Source: Squalus acanthias
Lineage: Eukaryota
DNA length: 64,000 bases
Reading direction: 5' to 3'
NCBI GenBank assembly: GCA_030390025.1
Contig: CM059432.1
Coordinates: 55,988,001 to 56,052,000, forward strand
Under the pieces are notes generated by a model that was given only the letters and a program-made list of their open reading frames with translations, searched no databases and was not told where the DNA came from. Shown one piece after another: positions 24,477-36,723 of the stretch. How positions within the stretch are numbered: position 1 is the stretch's first letter; every line of letters starts with the position of its first letter. Position numbers and translations under genes: made by a program.

Positions 24477-26904
24477 ACTTCAGTATATTTCTGGATAAAA
24501 CACAGGCAGTAGATTTCATTTGGAATCGAAGATGATCATGAATACGTAATTAAAATATAGGTGTCTATAATTCTTTTAAATGTAACCCTCACTACCACAT
24601 TTCATTTTCAGTTTGGCATGTTTAGCATAAACTTTATCCTGTATCCGCTGTTGATTCTGCTTTGTAATCAAATGACAAGAGTTGTACTTTGTGAGGTTTC
24701 CATCTGTCCTCTTCCCTTCCCCCAAAGATCCCACATTAGAGTGGTCCATTGCGGAGTTGAGGCTTCATTCCAGTAGTCCAGTTAAAAATGCTCAAGGTCT
24801 CTCAGTAAAAACGAGCTGAAATTCCAGTCGTAAGTTAGGATTCAAAGTTGAGGCCTTTTGACTGGGATTCCACTGATTTACTGTTGAAGCTACTGGTTTC
24901 AATTTACTTTGTCCTTCAGTACATGTGTGTTTGTGTGTGTTTTATTAGTTTTTTTATAATGGCTACTACTCATTGATTGTAATAGTGTATGTTTTCACTA
25001 ACATAGTAGGTTAATGAGAGGAATTATTTGACTCTCCTTAACAATTTTAACCTGTGGATTAATAGTTCAGATGGTGATATTTACTGCAGTGTCATTGGAA
25101 GCTATATATATGATGTGAAAAGATTGAGATCAGTTTAATTTGGACAGGAAGGATAAATGCATACATCATTAGTCTGCAACATCATTGATACTGTACATAA
25201 TATAGGTATTTTTTGTTTGTTTGGCAGAAGGGGCTTAAAAGATTCTCGTACTGTGAATTAGGCTGAATCTATATGAAATGAAGGCCTTAATTCTGAGCTA
25301 CAGCTTACTTTAGTAAATATTTGTGTTGATCAGTACTAATGTGGTTTTATGCAGCAAAAATTAATTTTCTTAATTCATTAATTGTATGCTATAAAGTAAG
25401 TAGAGTGTCATGTGAAAATTAATTATTTTCATTAGAGCAATAGGGTCAACCCTTCTCCCTATTCCCACAAGTTACTTTAATTATTTCTTTCCAGTAATTT
25501 TATTTGTACAAAAATATATACACTCAAGTTTTGGTACAATACTGAACAACAGAATACATGCCATGTTGCAAAGATAAGATTTAGGTTCTTGTACATCTGT
25601 ATAGTTCTTATCACTTGAGTGGGGTTATTTGTTAGTAATGGGGACTTGGAATGGGTGGAAGCTGGGCTGCAGGCCCATACCCCAAGTGCTTCCTGGCTCC
25701 AATTGGAGCCTGTACATTACTTGTTCTGATTGGCAAATATCCCACAAGTTCTATATATGTGTTGTGGCAGGTATCAGGTTGTGCCAATGTTGAGAGATAC
25801 ATTATCTTGCTGCTAGAAATGAAAGCTGGGTGAGCCTGGAAGTGACGTATGTTCCTTGCCTCACTGGTAAGCACAGTCATGGCTTTGATGGCTTCCAAGA
25901 CCTCAGTCAAGAAGGTCTAGAGGTAGGGCAGGACCAAAATGTTACTGGGAATAGAGGCAAGTGCTGTTTTACCAGTCCAGAGCACACCCTTCCTTTCACA
26001 GACCCCAAGAAAAGACCATCCAAAACCCTGAAATGCCAATAGTACTGACCCTGGCCGTCTAAGAGAAAGCATGCACCATACTGCAGGTGCCCCTCGGGGC
26101 TTGCGTGACTTCATGTGGCGAAGCTGGAACCTTCCAGAGGTTCTTGCTGCAACCTGCTATAAGGCATGGTATGAGAAAGGCATCACTGAAGTAAGCAAGC
26201 TGCCCTAGGAGGGTCAACTCCATGTCCAGGAGCTGACTGACAAGTTCTACAGCATCTAATATTTCTTCCAATTCATCAAGATCCAACACTACCGGTGGGG
26301 GCCCAGCTCTGCTTACAAGACTCCAGTGCAAACTAACCCCATTAAACTGGCCATAGCAAGACAAACAGCCCAACTCCTGCATCCACAATATTATCCTCCA
26401 TTTCATCAGAGGATAGAAAACCTGCATAAATCCTGGCAACTACTTGGCCATGCACGGTTGGGTTCATTGGAGAGAGTTGGCCCTGCCTTATTCTATTATA
26501 GGTGGAGGTTAGGGGGTGGGGGGCTGACCTTCAGGATCTCCACCTGCAACAGATTGATGGAGGGCTAGCCCAGAAATGTTTGTAGCATGTACCCCACCCT
26601 GCATATACGCTTACAATTCCATCTAACCATGTTAAATGTATACTGTGGAACTTTGACCAAAAAAACCAGACTCCAGCTTTCATTATTTCTGGCAAATTTT
26701 AAAAAGTCTGTTATAGACGTTGGTATTGTCAGTTAAGGCTAATGGTTTAAAAAGGGGACAGAGATGTTACAGGCAGTCTAGTTGAGGAATTTGTTCCATT
26801 TCTGTAATATAATTCTTTATGACTTGACCTAAGTTGATGATGCAGTCAGAGTTCCTGTCAAAGTATGTTTATTCACTAAATGTTCAATGTATTTTTGAAA
26901 TCAG

Positions 26905-26975
26905 AAACCAGGATGGAGGGCTGGTTATCGATACCAAACAGGGCAAACATCAAAAGATATGGATGGAAAAAACAG
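26905..26975 (+). CDS. ROCK1: ROCK1 exon (~28): (E)TRMEGWLSIPNRANIKRYGWKKQ, start of PH domain
   Basis: atcag acceptor, CAG|gtatga donor; EGWLS..NIKRYGWKKQ. Confidence 0.97.
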
Positions 26976-27204
26976 GTATGAAACTATTGTAAAAGAATTA
27001 AGTCTTCAAATGTTTACACCATGCTGTTGAATTGTATATTAAACATACACAAAATCTCCCTTTCTGATAGATCTGCATTCTAAGTAATTTAACTGTCGAC
27101 CTCTGGTTTGAAATATAAATAGGATATTAAGTATGCAAGTTATATTAATGAAAAAGTAACATTTCTTAATAACAGCAAAGAGCAGCACACATTTAAAGGG
27201 GGAG

Positions 27205-28480
27205 ATAGGAACATTAGAAACAGGAGTATGTCATGCAGTTATTCGAGCCTGCTCTGCCATTCAATTAGATCATGGCTGATCTGCACCTCAACTCCATTTT
27301 CCCACCTTTGCTTCATATATTCCTTGAACCCTTACCTAACAAAAACGTATTGATCTCAATCTTGAAAGCTCCAATTGTCTTAGCATCCACAGCCCTTTGG
27401 GGAGAGTTCTACATTTCTGCTACCCTTTGTGTGGAAAAAGTGCTTCCTGATTTTGCTCCTGAATGGCCTAGTTCTAATTTTAAGATTATGTCCCCTTGTT
27501 CTTGATTCCCCAACGAGAGGCAATAGTTTCTCTGTCTCTACCCTATCAAATCCTTTTACCATTTTCAACATCTCAATCAGATCACCCCTCGATCTCCTAT
27601 ACTCAATGGAATACAAGCCTAGATTATGCAACCTGTCTTCATAATTTAACCCTCTAAGCCCAGGTATATTCTGTTGAACCTGCGCTGTACCTGCTCCAAG
27701 ACCAATATATCCTTCTTGAGGAACGGTGCCCAAAATTGAACTCCGTACTCCAGATGATGGGGTGTGACCAAGGCTCTATACAACTAAAGCATAACTTTCT
27801 CCCCTTTGTATTCTAGCCCCCTTGAGATAAAGGCCAACATTCCATTAGCCTATGTGATTGCTTTTTGCACCTGTCTACTGGCTTCTAATGATTTGTGTAC
27901 TTGGGCTCCCAAATCTCTTTGCCCCTCTACAGTTCCTAGTTTCACACCATTTAGAAAATACTCCTGATTTATCTTTCTTGGGTCTAAACTGGATAATCTC
28001 ACATTTGTCCACATTAAACTTGTTTTGCCCACTCACTTAATCTGTCTATTTCCCTTTGCAACTTTCTGCTCCCATCTGCACTACTTACTGTCCCTCCTAA
28101 CTTAGTGTCACATGCAAATTTGGATATACAACTTTCCATTTCTTCATCCAAGTCATTAATAAATATGGTGAAAAGTTGAGGCCCCAAAACAGATCCCTGG
28201 GGAACACCACATGTCACATCCCACCAATCAATTTTTGCTAATCTCTTGTGTGGAACCTTATTGAATTCCTTCTGGAAGTTCATGTAGATAAGGGAGTATG
28301 TCTATGGATGTTATCTCTGTTATTCGTCATCTCCTCAAAATATTCAACAAGATTACTCAGACATAACTTATCCTTAACAAAGCGTGTTGGCTCTCTCTGA
28401 TCAGCTTATTTATTCAAATGCTCAATCACTTTATCCCCAGTGACAGATTCTAGTAGCTTCCCCACAACTGACATTAAAAT
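27205..28480 (-). mobile_element. CR1 LINE RT/3' end, degraded
   Basis: [39 protein letters not shown] motifs. Confidence 0.9.
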
Positions 28481-28599
28481 ATCAAGATGGCTTAACAATA
28501 GAATTTTTGTTTCTTAACTTCTTCCAATCAAGTATGTTGTTTGTATTTTTGCCAGTCCACCTGTGCCCACACCTGAGCTTTCAAGGGTTCATTGCCACC

Positions 28600-29370
28600 C
28601 AGTGGAAACACCACCTCTGTGTTTACCCTATCAAACCCTTTCATTATCTTAAGGACCTCTATCAGGTCACCCCTCAGCCTTCTCTTTTCTAGAGAAAAGA
28701 ACCCCAGCCTGTTCAGTCTTTCCTGCTAAGTATATCCTCTCTATTCTGGTATCATCCTTGTGAATCTTTTTTGCACCTTCTCCAATGCCTCTATATCCTT
28801 TATAATATGGAAATCCGAACTGTGCACAGTACTCCAAGTGTAGTCTAACCAAGGTTCTATACAAGTTTAACATAACTTCTCTGCTTTTCAATTCTATCCC
28901 TCTAGAAATGAATCCCAGTGCTTGGTTTGCTTTTTAAAATGGTCTTATTAACCTGCGCCGCTACTTTGTGATTTGTGTATCTGTATCTTATATCATGTCC
29001 CCTGTATCTGTATCCTGATCCCTTTGCTCCTCCAGCCCATTCAGACCCTTGTTATTCCAAACAGTATGTGGACTCCTTATTCTTCCTACCAAAATTCACC
29101 ACTTCACACTTCTCTATAGTGAAATTCATTTGCCAATTAGATGCCCATTCTGCAAGTTTATTCATGTCTTCCTGTATTTTGTCGCATTCTTCCTTTGTAT
29201 TAACTAGACCTCCCAATTTGGTGTTATCTGCAAATTTTGAAATTGTACTTCCGATTCTAGAGTCCAAATCATTAATGTAACAGTGGTCCCAGCACCAATC
29301 CCTGTGGAAAACGACTTCCCATCTTTTGTCAGTCTGAATAGCTACCCTTGCTATCCATTCTGCTACCTGT
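28600..29370 (-). mobile_element. Second CR1 RT fragment
   Basis: ISKFADNTKLGG, VMLNLYRTLVRLHLEYC. Confidence 0.85.
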
Positions 29371-29684
29371 CCCCAGACTCCATCTGCTCTGACCTTACTA
29401 GCCTAAATGTAGCGCTCCAACTGCTGTTCTGGCTGAGATCAGCTAACTCCGCACAGTTTGGTAATCTGACCTCAAAGCTTTTGGTCTGTATGGCTGGCCA
29501 TGCAGATCAGAAGCTTTGAGGTCAGGTTATCAGTCTGGGCTGCATAGGGTGGTGACTTTATCTCTTGGGTCATCAGCAAGCTGATGGAAAATAGTTTTTA
29601 AAAAGCCTTTTGTATGTCTTTATAAAATTTTGATCCAAATTTTTTTTTTTTGTAATGTTGAACCCTTTTCTTTGTTATCTACAG

Positions 29685-29773
29685 TATGTTGTGGTCAGCA
29701 GTAGAAAGATGCTGTTTTACAATGATGAATTGAATAAAGAACAATCTAATCCTTCTATGGTACTGGATATAGA
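29685..29773 (+). CDS. ROCK1: ROCK1 exon (~29): YVVVSSRKMLFYNDELNKEQSNPSMVLDI(E)
   Basis: ctacag acceptor, GA|gtaagt donor. Confidence 0.97.
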
Positions 29774-29899
29774 GTAAGTACAACCGCCTTGATATTGAGG
29801 ATGTTATGGATAAAGGACATGGGCGAATAGGGGAATCCAGAGTAGAACACACAATTAGATAAGAAATTGGTTTAAAAATAGAAAATGGAGGGTACTAAT

Positions 29900-30036
29900 C
29901 AAAGTTCTCTCTTTTTTTCATGTGCGGGCCCCTTAACTGGCTGCACAGCCCATTCAAATTTTCACACATACGCGGATATTCACTTTGAAAAGCCAGTGAG
30001 TGGCCTGTGTGGCCGCGCAACTTAATGGGAATGTTG
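29900..30036. mobile_element. hAT-type MITE with 8-bp TSD, inside an old CR1 remnant (~29790-31430)
   Basis: TSD gtactaat at 29892-29899 and 30037-30044; degenerate TIRs CAAAGTTCTC / GGGAATGTTG. Confidence 0.75.
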
Positions 30037-32233
30037 GTACTAATGAGAGTTATGATGTCTTGCTGGGAGGGGGGTGGGGGTTGAATTGAGTTCCAGCAGG
30101 GGTAACTGCTTGGACCTCTGCTGTTTCACATAAATGGCCTACACAATAAAACCAAGTACAAGGTTATCAAATTAGCAGATGATGCTAAAGAAGGTTGAAT
30201 AAGAGGATGCTGCTAAGTAATTGCTGAAAGATTTTGTTAAATGATGTTAAATGGCAAATGAAATTTACTGCTGACACATACGTTGCAACAATCAGTATCA
30301 AGTTAATGAAATAGAATTAGCTCATGGAGACTTCAAAAGGACCTGAGAGTAATAGTAGAATCATATTGTCAATCTCTAAATAATTTGGTGAGGCTGTTTA
30401 AAAATCTTATAAAATACTGGGATATATAGCCAGAACAGTCTACTTAGCTTATTCTAAGGCTTTTTAATACATTGGTCAGACCACACTTTGAGTGCTGTTT
30501 TAATTGTGGTCATCATGATGGTCACAAATTTAATGTGGACCCTCGGTTATATTCCCCTCCAAAAGAAACCCAGATGTGATCAGCTGCTGGATCTGAAGCA
30601 GATGGCTAAAAGTGCTTCCCAGTGGCCACCTTGCCTGATCCTTCTCCACTACAGAAATAAATGCTAAAAGCAGCATTCATTCCTTTCCATTAATCCCAAA
30701 AAATTGAAAATCCCTAAGAGCACCTGCATGGTTTAAACACATTCCTGTGTCAGTGAGTGGGGGCATGTGTTGGATGTAACATCAGCATATGCTGTGTTCA
30801 GTCGTCACCTGTGTAACTGGGGGCTGTAGTTACAGTCAGGAGAGTCAAGATGTGTCTCTCAGCTACGGTAGCTGAGTTCATGGAGCATGCATAGAGGAGC
30901 TTATAGTGAACAGATCAGCTGTTTGTGTCAGCAGGAGCAGAACAATGAAAGTGTATGGGTAGGGAAAAAAGTACTGACAGTTTGACCCCTGTTGATCTCC
31001 CATTATCGTCATAAATTCACACAAGTAATCAAGTATGCATATAATTGAGGTTGTGTTTTACATTCATTGGCAAGGATTCAGAGAAGAGCAGCAAATATGA
31101 TCCCAAATATAAAGGATGAGTTCTGACAAAAGATTAATAAAGCTTAATCTGTACAGATGATATCACTGAGGTATACAAAATATTAAATAGTTTAGATAGG
31201 GTGAACTCAGATCATCAGCCTAGTAGGACCAAACATTCAAATTAGTAAAATGTAATTTTAAAAAGGTATTGCGAAAAAATGTTTTAAGTAAAGGCTAAAT
31301 GTCTGGAATAATAAAACGGGGTATTGGATATAAAAGCATTAATGGTTTCAAAATTGAGCAGGCTGCTTAGTTGGGGCACTAAATGGGACTAGCTCTATTT
31401 GGTTAAATGGCCTTTATCGTCTTAGACTGTACCTGTGGTAACAATACTATGTGTCTTCATGTAATTCACATGGTGAATGATTAGGCTTCAGATCATGCAT
31501 TTAAAGAGGTATTAGGGTGATCTCTGTGGTTCCAACGGTAAGCTGCGCTCGCAGGTCAAGAATCGTAGCTCCCGCCTATCTCCATATGAGCGCACCTTCC
31601 CTGCTGGGAGAGCAAAAATGCAGAGTAACCACTATTGTTTGGTAAGCCTTTTTCCCTGCTGCAAGCGGAATGCAAGATGGCCTAATTTCCCTAAATGTAA
31701 TGTAATTTTCACGATGCAGCACCCAATGCTCTTGTGACTTAATGATCCTTGGACTCAGCTAATTTTGCCAATATCAACTAATGAAGAGCCCAACTGCCAC
31801 GTATTTCACTGGACAACAAAACCAAACTATGAAACCTATTTTTCAGGTTGGCAGTAGTGAAGTCTACCTCAATGCCATCCATTTTGATTTCTTCCTCTCC
31901 TCAGATTTTCAGTTGGAAAATATTGTCACAGCAGCCAGTATCCATTATACAAACGAAATGGAACAAAATGCCACTCTATTTACCTGAACAGATTTGACAT
32001 TGATAACACCAAAGCTAGATTTCCCTTTCTGTGCACCACCTTGATGAGGTGAAGAACATAGCAACAGACCAGTTGTCCTTTCTTGCCCAGACACTACAAT
32101 TATCACCTATAGGATCTTGACCGTCTCAATCAAAAATTGGTGCTGCATTTTTTGTTGGATTGAAATGACTAATCAAAAGATTACAAATGTGTTCTACAGT
32201 TCTGTAGTATCTGAACATGGCAACAAGCTTGTT

Positions 32234-33797
32234 AACATAGAAACATAGAAGATAGGAGCAGGAGTAGGCCATTCGGCCCCTCGAGCCTGCTCCACCATTC
32301 GATGAGATCATGGCTGATCATCCAAACTCAGTACCCTGTACCTGCCTTCTCCCCATATCCCTTGATACCTTTATCTTTAAGAAATATATCTAACTCATTC
32401 TTCAATATATTTAATGACTTGGCCTCAACTACCTTCTGTGGTAGAGAATTCCACAGGTTCACCACTCTCTGGGTGAAGAAATTCTTCCTCATTTCTGTCC
32501 TAAATGGCTTACCCCTTATCCTTAGATTATGACCCCTGGTTCTGGACTCTCTGACCATCGGGAACATTCTTCCTGCATCTAGTTTGTCCAGACCTGTCAG
32601 AATTTTATATGTTTCGATGAGATCCCCTCTCATTCTTCTATACTCCAGCGAGTATAAGCCCAATCTCTCCTCATATGTCATTCCTGCCATCCCAGGTATC
32701 AGCCTTGTGAATCTTCGCTGAACTCCTTCCATGGCAAGAACATCCTTCCTCAGATAAGGCGACCAAAACTGCACACAGTACTCAAGGTGTGGTCTCACCA
32801 AGGCCCTGTACAACTGCAGCAGGACATCCCTGTTCCTATACTCAAATCCTTTCGCTATGAAGGCCAACATACCATTTGCCGCCTTCACCGCCTGCTGCAC
32901 CTGCATGCTTACCTTCAGCGACTGGTGCACAAGGACACCCAGGTCTCGTTGCACTTCCCCTTCTCCCAATCTATTGCCATTCAGATAATAGTCTGCCTTT
33001 CTGTTTTTGACACCAAAGTGGATAACCTCGCATTTATCCACGTTATATTGCATCTGCCACGCTTCTGCCCACTCACCCAACCTGTCCAAATCATCCTGGA
33101 GTTTCTCTGTATCCTGCTCGCAGCACACACGCCCACCCAGCTTTGTGTCATCTGCAAACTTGGAGATATTACATTTAGTTCCCTTATCTAGATCATTAAT
33201 GTATATTGTGAATAGCTGGGGTCCAAGGACCGATCCCTGCGGTACCCCACTAGTCACTGCCTGCCACTTGGAAAAAGACCCATTAATTCCTACTCTCTGC
33301 TTTCTGTCCGCCAACCAGTTCTTTATCCAAGTCAATACCTTGCCCCCAATCCCATGTGCCTTCACTTTACACGCTAATCTCTTATGCGGGACCTTATCGA
33401 AAGCCTTTTGAAAGTCCAAATACACCACATCTACTGGTTCTCCCTTATCTATTTTCCCAGTTACATCCTCAAAAAATTCCAGTAGATTAGTCAAGCACGA
33501 TTTACCTTTTGTAAATCCATGTTGACTTTGTCCGATCCTGTCACTGTTTTTCAAGTGCTCAGCTATTACATCCTTTATAATGAACTCTAGCATTTTCCCC
33601 ACTACCGATGTCAGGCTTACAGGTCTGTAATTCCCCGCTTTCTCTCTACCACCCTTTTTGAATAGTGGGGTAACATTAGCTACCCTCCAATCCATGGGTA
33701 CAGTTCCAGATTCCATCGAATGTTGGAAGATGATCAGCAATGCATCTACTATTTCTAGGGCCACTTCCTTAAGTACCCTAGGATGTAGATTATCAGG
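32234..33797 (-). mobile_element. Young 5'-truncated CR1 with uninterrupted 478-aa RT ORF
   Basis: ORF 32328-33764 with all RT motifs (YLDFQKAFDKVPH, QGSVLGP, FADD); intact 3' tail. Confidence 0.97.
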
Positions 33798-34047
33798 AGG
33801 GGAATGTTGTCTTCAGCCATTAATTTCTATTCGCTATGAGTTAGAATTTTATGATTAATTCTGTTTATAGAGAATTCTTAACTGTTTTACAAATAAGTAC
33901 AATTAACAAAAAGTTGCCTGTCCAACAATAAATCTTAAATGGCTTACTTGCATTTTATCTTTAAAGTTGATTTACTTATGAATTAACACATACATAATGA
34001 AATCTGTAAGTTATTTGCATTTCTAAATAACTGTCTTTATATTCCAG

Positions 34048-34126
34048 AAAATTATTCCATGTGCGTCCTGTAACACAAGGTGATGTATACAGGGCAGAAA
34101 CTGGTGAAATTCCTCGGATATTCCAG
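34048..34126 (+). CDS. ROCK1: ROCK1 exon (~30): KLFHVRPVTQGDVYRAETGEIPRIFQ
   Basis: ttccag acceptor, CAG|gtgggc donor. Confidence 0.97.
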
Positions 34127-34277
34127 GTGGGCTATCAAGCACAGTTAGTTTCCATAAAGGGTTTTTGATTTAGATTTTATTTTTACTATTGTCTGTATTT
34201 CGGTTCTAAGAACCAGAGGGATGTTATGGTCACGATGGAAAGGGCGTGTGTTCATGTGACAGTTAAAATTACAGATT

Positions 34278-34812
34278 GGGCCAGATTTTGCTGTAGAAAT
34301 AACAGTGAGGCTAACAGCGTTCACGTGCAGTTAAATGCGGAAATCAGAAAGTTGCTGTCAGAGTTGCCCTGCTCTTCCCAAAGCTGCGCTGTAATGGTAT
34401 CTGGCCGAGAGACTCAGCATTGAAATACATGGAACAGTGTGAAGTTGCTGTACTTGCGTGATATATACACCCTAAACTTGCCAGAAAAAGTTAGCCGGAT
34501 TTATTCCTTTTTTTTTTAAACAGGGGTGTAACATCTCCAGTCCTCTGGCACCACCCCCATATCTAATTGAATTCATTATTCTAATTGACACTGCCTGGTT
34601 CAGACTCTGCGCTGCTCATTAACGATTCTTCACTCTGATTGATTAAGGAGATAAAACAGTTGCTGGCCCTGTTCACACAGGTCCCAGATGCCCTGTAGAA
34701 GCCGCTGTGCCTAAATTGACTCTCTAATTACAGTAAGTTCCAGTGCAAAATCCCATAGAAAGTCTGTGTGCAAGTGTAAAGAACAACTAGCGCTGAGTGC
34801 AAAATCCAGCCC
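34278..34812. mobile_element. Harbinger-like MITE
   Basis: TIRs GGGCCAGATTTTGC / GCAAAATCCAGCCC (12/14); flanks att/aat. Confidence 0.7.
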
Positions 34813-35069
34813 AATAGAATTGCAACATAGTAACACAAATGGAAGGAAGAGACTATAGTATGACGAATTTATAAACATCAAGTCATCTCGTTTTTGTGAT
34901 CATGCCTCTGTGTAGCCCCTTAAGATGTTTTTCTACATTAAAGGTGCTATATAAATGCAAGTTGTTATGCAACTAACCACTGACTGGTTTTTGCATCAAA
35001 CTTGTAAGCTGGATTCTTGCTGGGTAGGACATGTTCATGGATGAAAATCTGAGCATTTGATCATTTTTT

Positions 35070-35190
35070 CATCTCTCTCCCTTCCACTCCTCTTTCTCTC
35101 CCCTTCACTCTCTACTTTCTCTCTCCCCTTTCTCTCTCTCTCCACTTTTTTCCTCTCCCTCTCTTCCTCCCCTTCTTTCTTTCTACTTTA
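35070..35190 (+). repeat. CT-rich low-complexity tract
   Basis: (tctc/ccct)n polypyrimidine run. Confidence 0.85.
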
Positions 35191-35314
35191 TGATCTCCAT
35201 TCAACCAGCTGAATCTACTGAGGTCCAAAATAGGGACCCCAATGTAAACAATTAAAGATCAGGACATGGGAGTAGTTCTCATGCCTCAACCATTTCATTT
35301 CAGCTGATGATTGC

Positions 35315-35416
35315 AAATAAAAACAGAAAATGCTGGAAATACTCAGTAGGTCAGGCAGCATCTGTGGAGAGAGAAACAGAGTTAACGTTTGAGGTCGATG
35401 ACCCTTCGTCAGAACT
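35315..35416 (-). mobile_element. Family A Penelope-type arm with mutated hammerhead core
   Basis: Matches 6160-6255; on the minus strand GAAA is changed to CAAA. Confidence 0.75.
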
Positions 35417-36461
35417 CGCAATCCTGCACATGATTGTACATGATCGCAATCCTGGTTTGTCATTCCGGGAATCAGTTCAGTCTCTTAGTAAAACTCCATC
35501 TTACTGATGCAGTCAGTTGCTGTGTCCTTGCTAATAATAGAAAAAGCAGCAAACTTCGGAGGAGCAAGGACTGGGCCACAGTGCTGGCATCTTAGAGTGA
35601 AGAAACTACAGTTAACAACAGATAATACAGAAAGCAAAGAAAATGCTAAAAGAGGGGGAAAGGAAAAAAATGATGAAAGCGAAACACAAAGCTGCTGAGG
35701 AGGACAGGAAAAATAACTAGTAAGATTTGTTTCAACAGCACTGCAGCCTGGAGAATAGGCAGGAAAGAGAGTAGATGACATTGGGGAGGAATAGAGACAC
35801 TTTTGAGGGAGACTAAAGGAGAGGGAGAGTGACCCTCTTGGGAACCCAATTGAGGCGGGGCAGAGGAAGAGACCCTGGTTGCATGTCAAGGAGAAACCGA
35901 GATCAACCTTGGAGGAGAATAGAAAAAGAAAAACCCTGTCTTGCAGGGGACGAGAATAGAAAGAGCGTTTAACTCCATTGTGGGGAGGAGGGTGAAGAAA
36001 GAGGATCTGTTGAGGCAAATGACACTGTTGAAGAGGATGGGGAGGGAATAGTGAGAAGCTCTGTGGCAGGGTGAGCGGGAGAGAAACTTTGTTACATGGC
36101 TCATCTCTGGCCTGCCTGAGGGCAGATGGGACAGTTGCTGTTGGGCGAAGCAGACCCACACTGTGTCCTATGACTCACCATGAACAATGCCACAGGAAAT
36201 CCACAGATATTTACAAGAAAAACTTACATACCTATTTGGACTTTGGCTAATGTTTCCCACAATTGCAGGTATTGTACAGAGCAATCCCAAGTGTGTAGGT
36301 TTGCGGGCTGGTTTACCTTGCATCTGTAGTGTTCCAGAATGCTTCCGTTCTTGACAAAATTATGTATGTAGTTTTGTAGGTTGTAACTTTGTAGTTTGAG
36401 CCATTTATTTTAATTATTGTATGTTTTATTTGAGAAAAGTGTGAATTGTGTTATCTTTCAG

Positions 36462-36723
36462 ATACTATATGCGAATGAGGGTGAATGTCGAAAAGATGTG
36501 GAAGTAGACCCTGCGCAGTCGGTAGAAAAGCCTGACTTTATACCTCATAAAGGTCATGAATTCATTCCCACACTTTACCATTTTCCTACCAATTGTGAAG
36601 CTTGTTCAAAGCCTCTATGGCATGTCTTCAAACCACCAGCTGCATTGGAATGCAGGCGATGCCATGTTAAGTGCCATAAGGATCATTTGGATAAAAAGGA
36701 AGACATGATTGTACCATGCAAAG
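36462..36723 (+). CDS. ROCK1: ROCK1 exon (~31): ILYANEGECRKDVEV...C1 zinc finger HEFIPTLYHFPTNCEAC...IVPCK
   Basis: ttcag acceptor, AAG|gtatga donor; C1 Cys/His pattern intact. Confidence 0.98.

Noticed and set aside
35377..35416. Functional hammerhead on the minus strand
   Set aside because: The essential G12 of GAAA is mutated to C.
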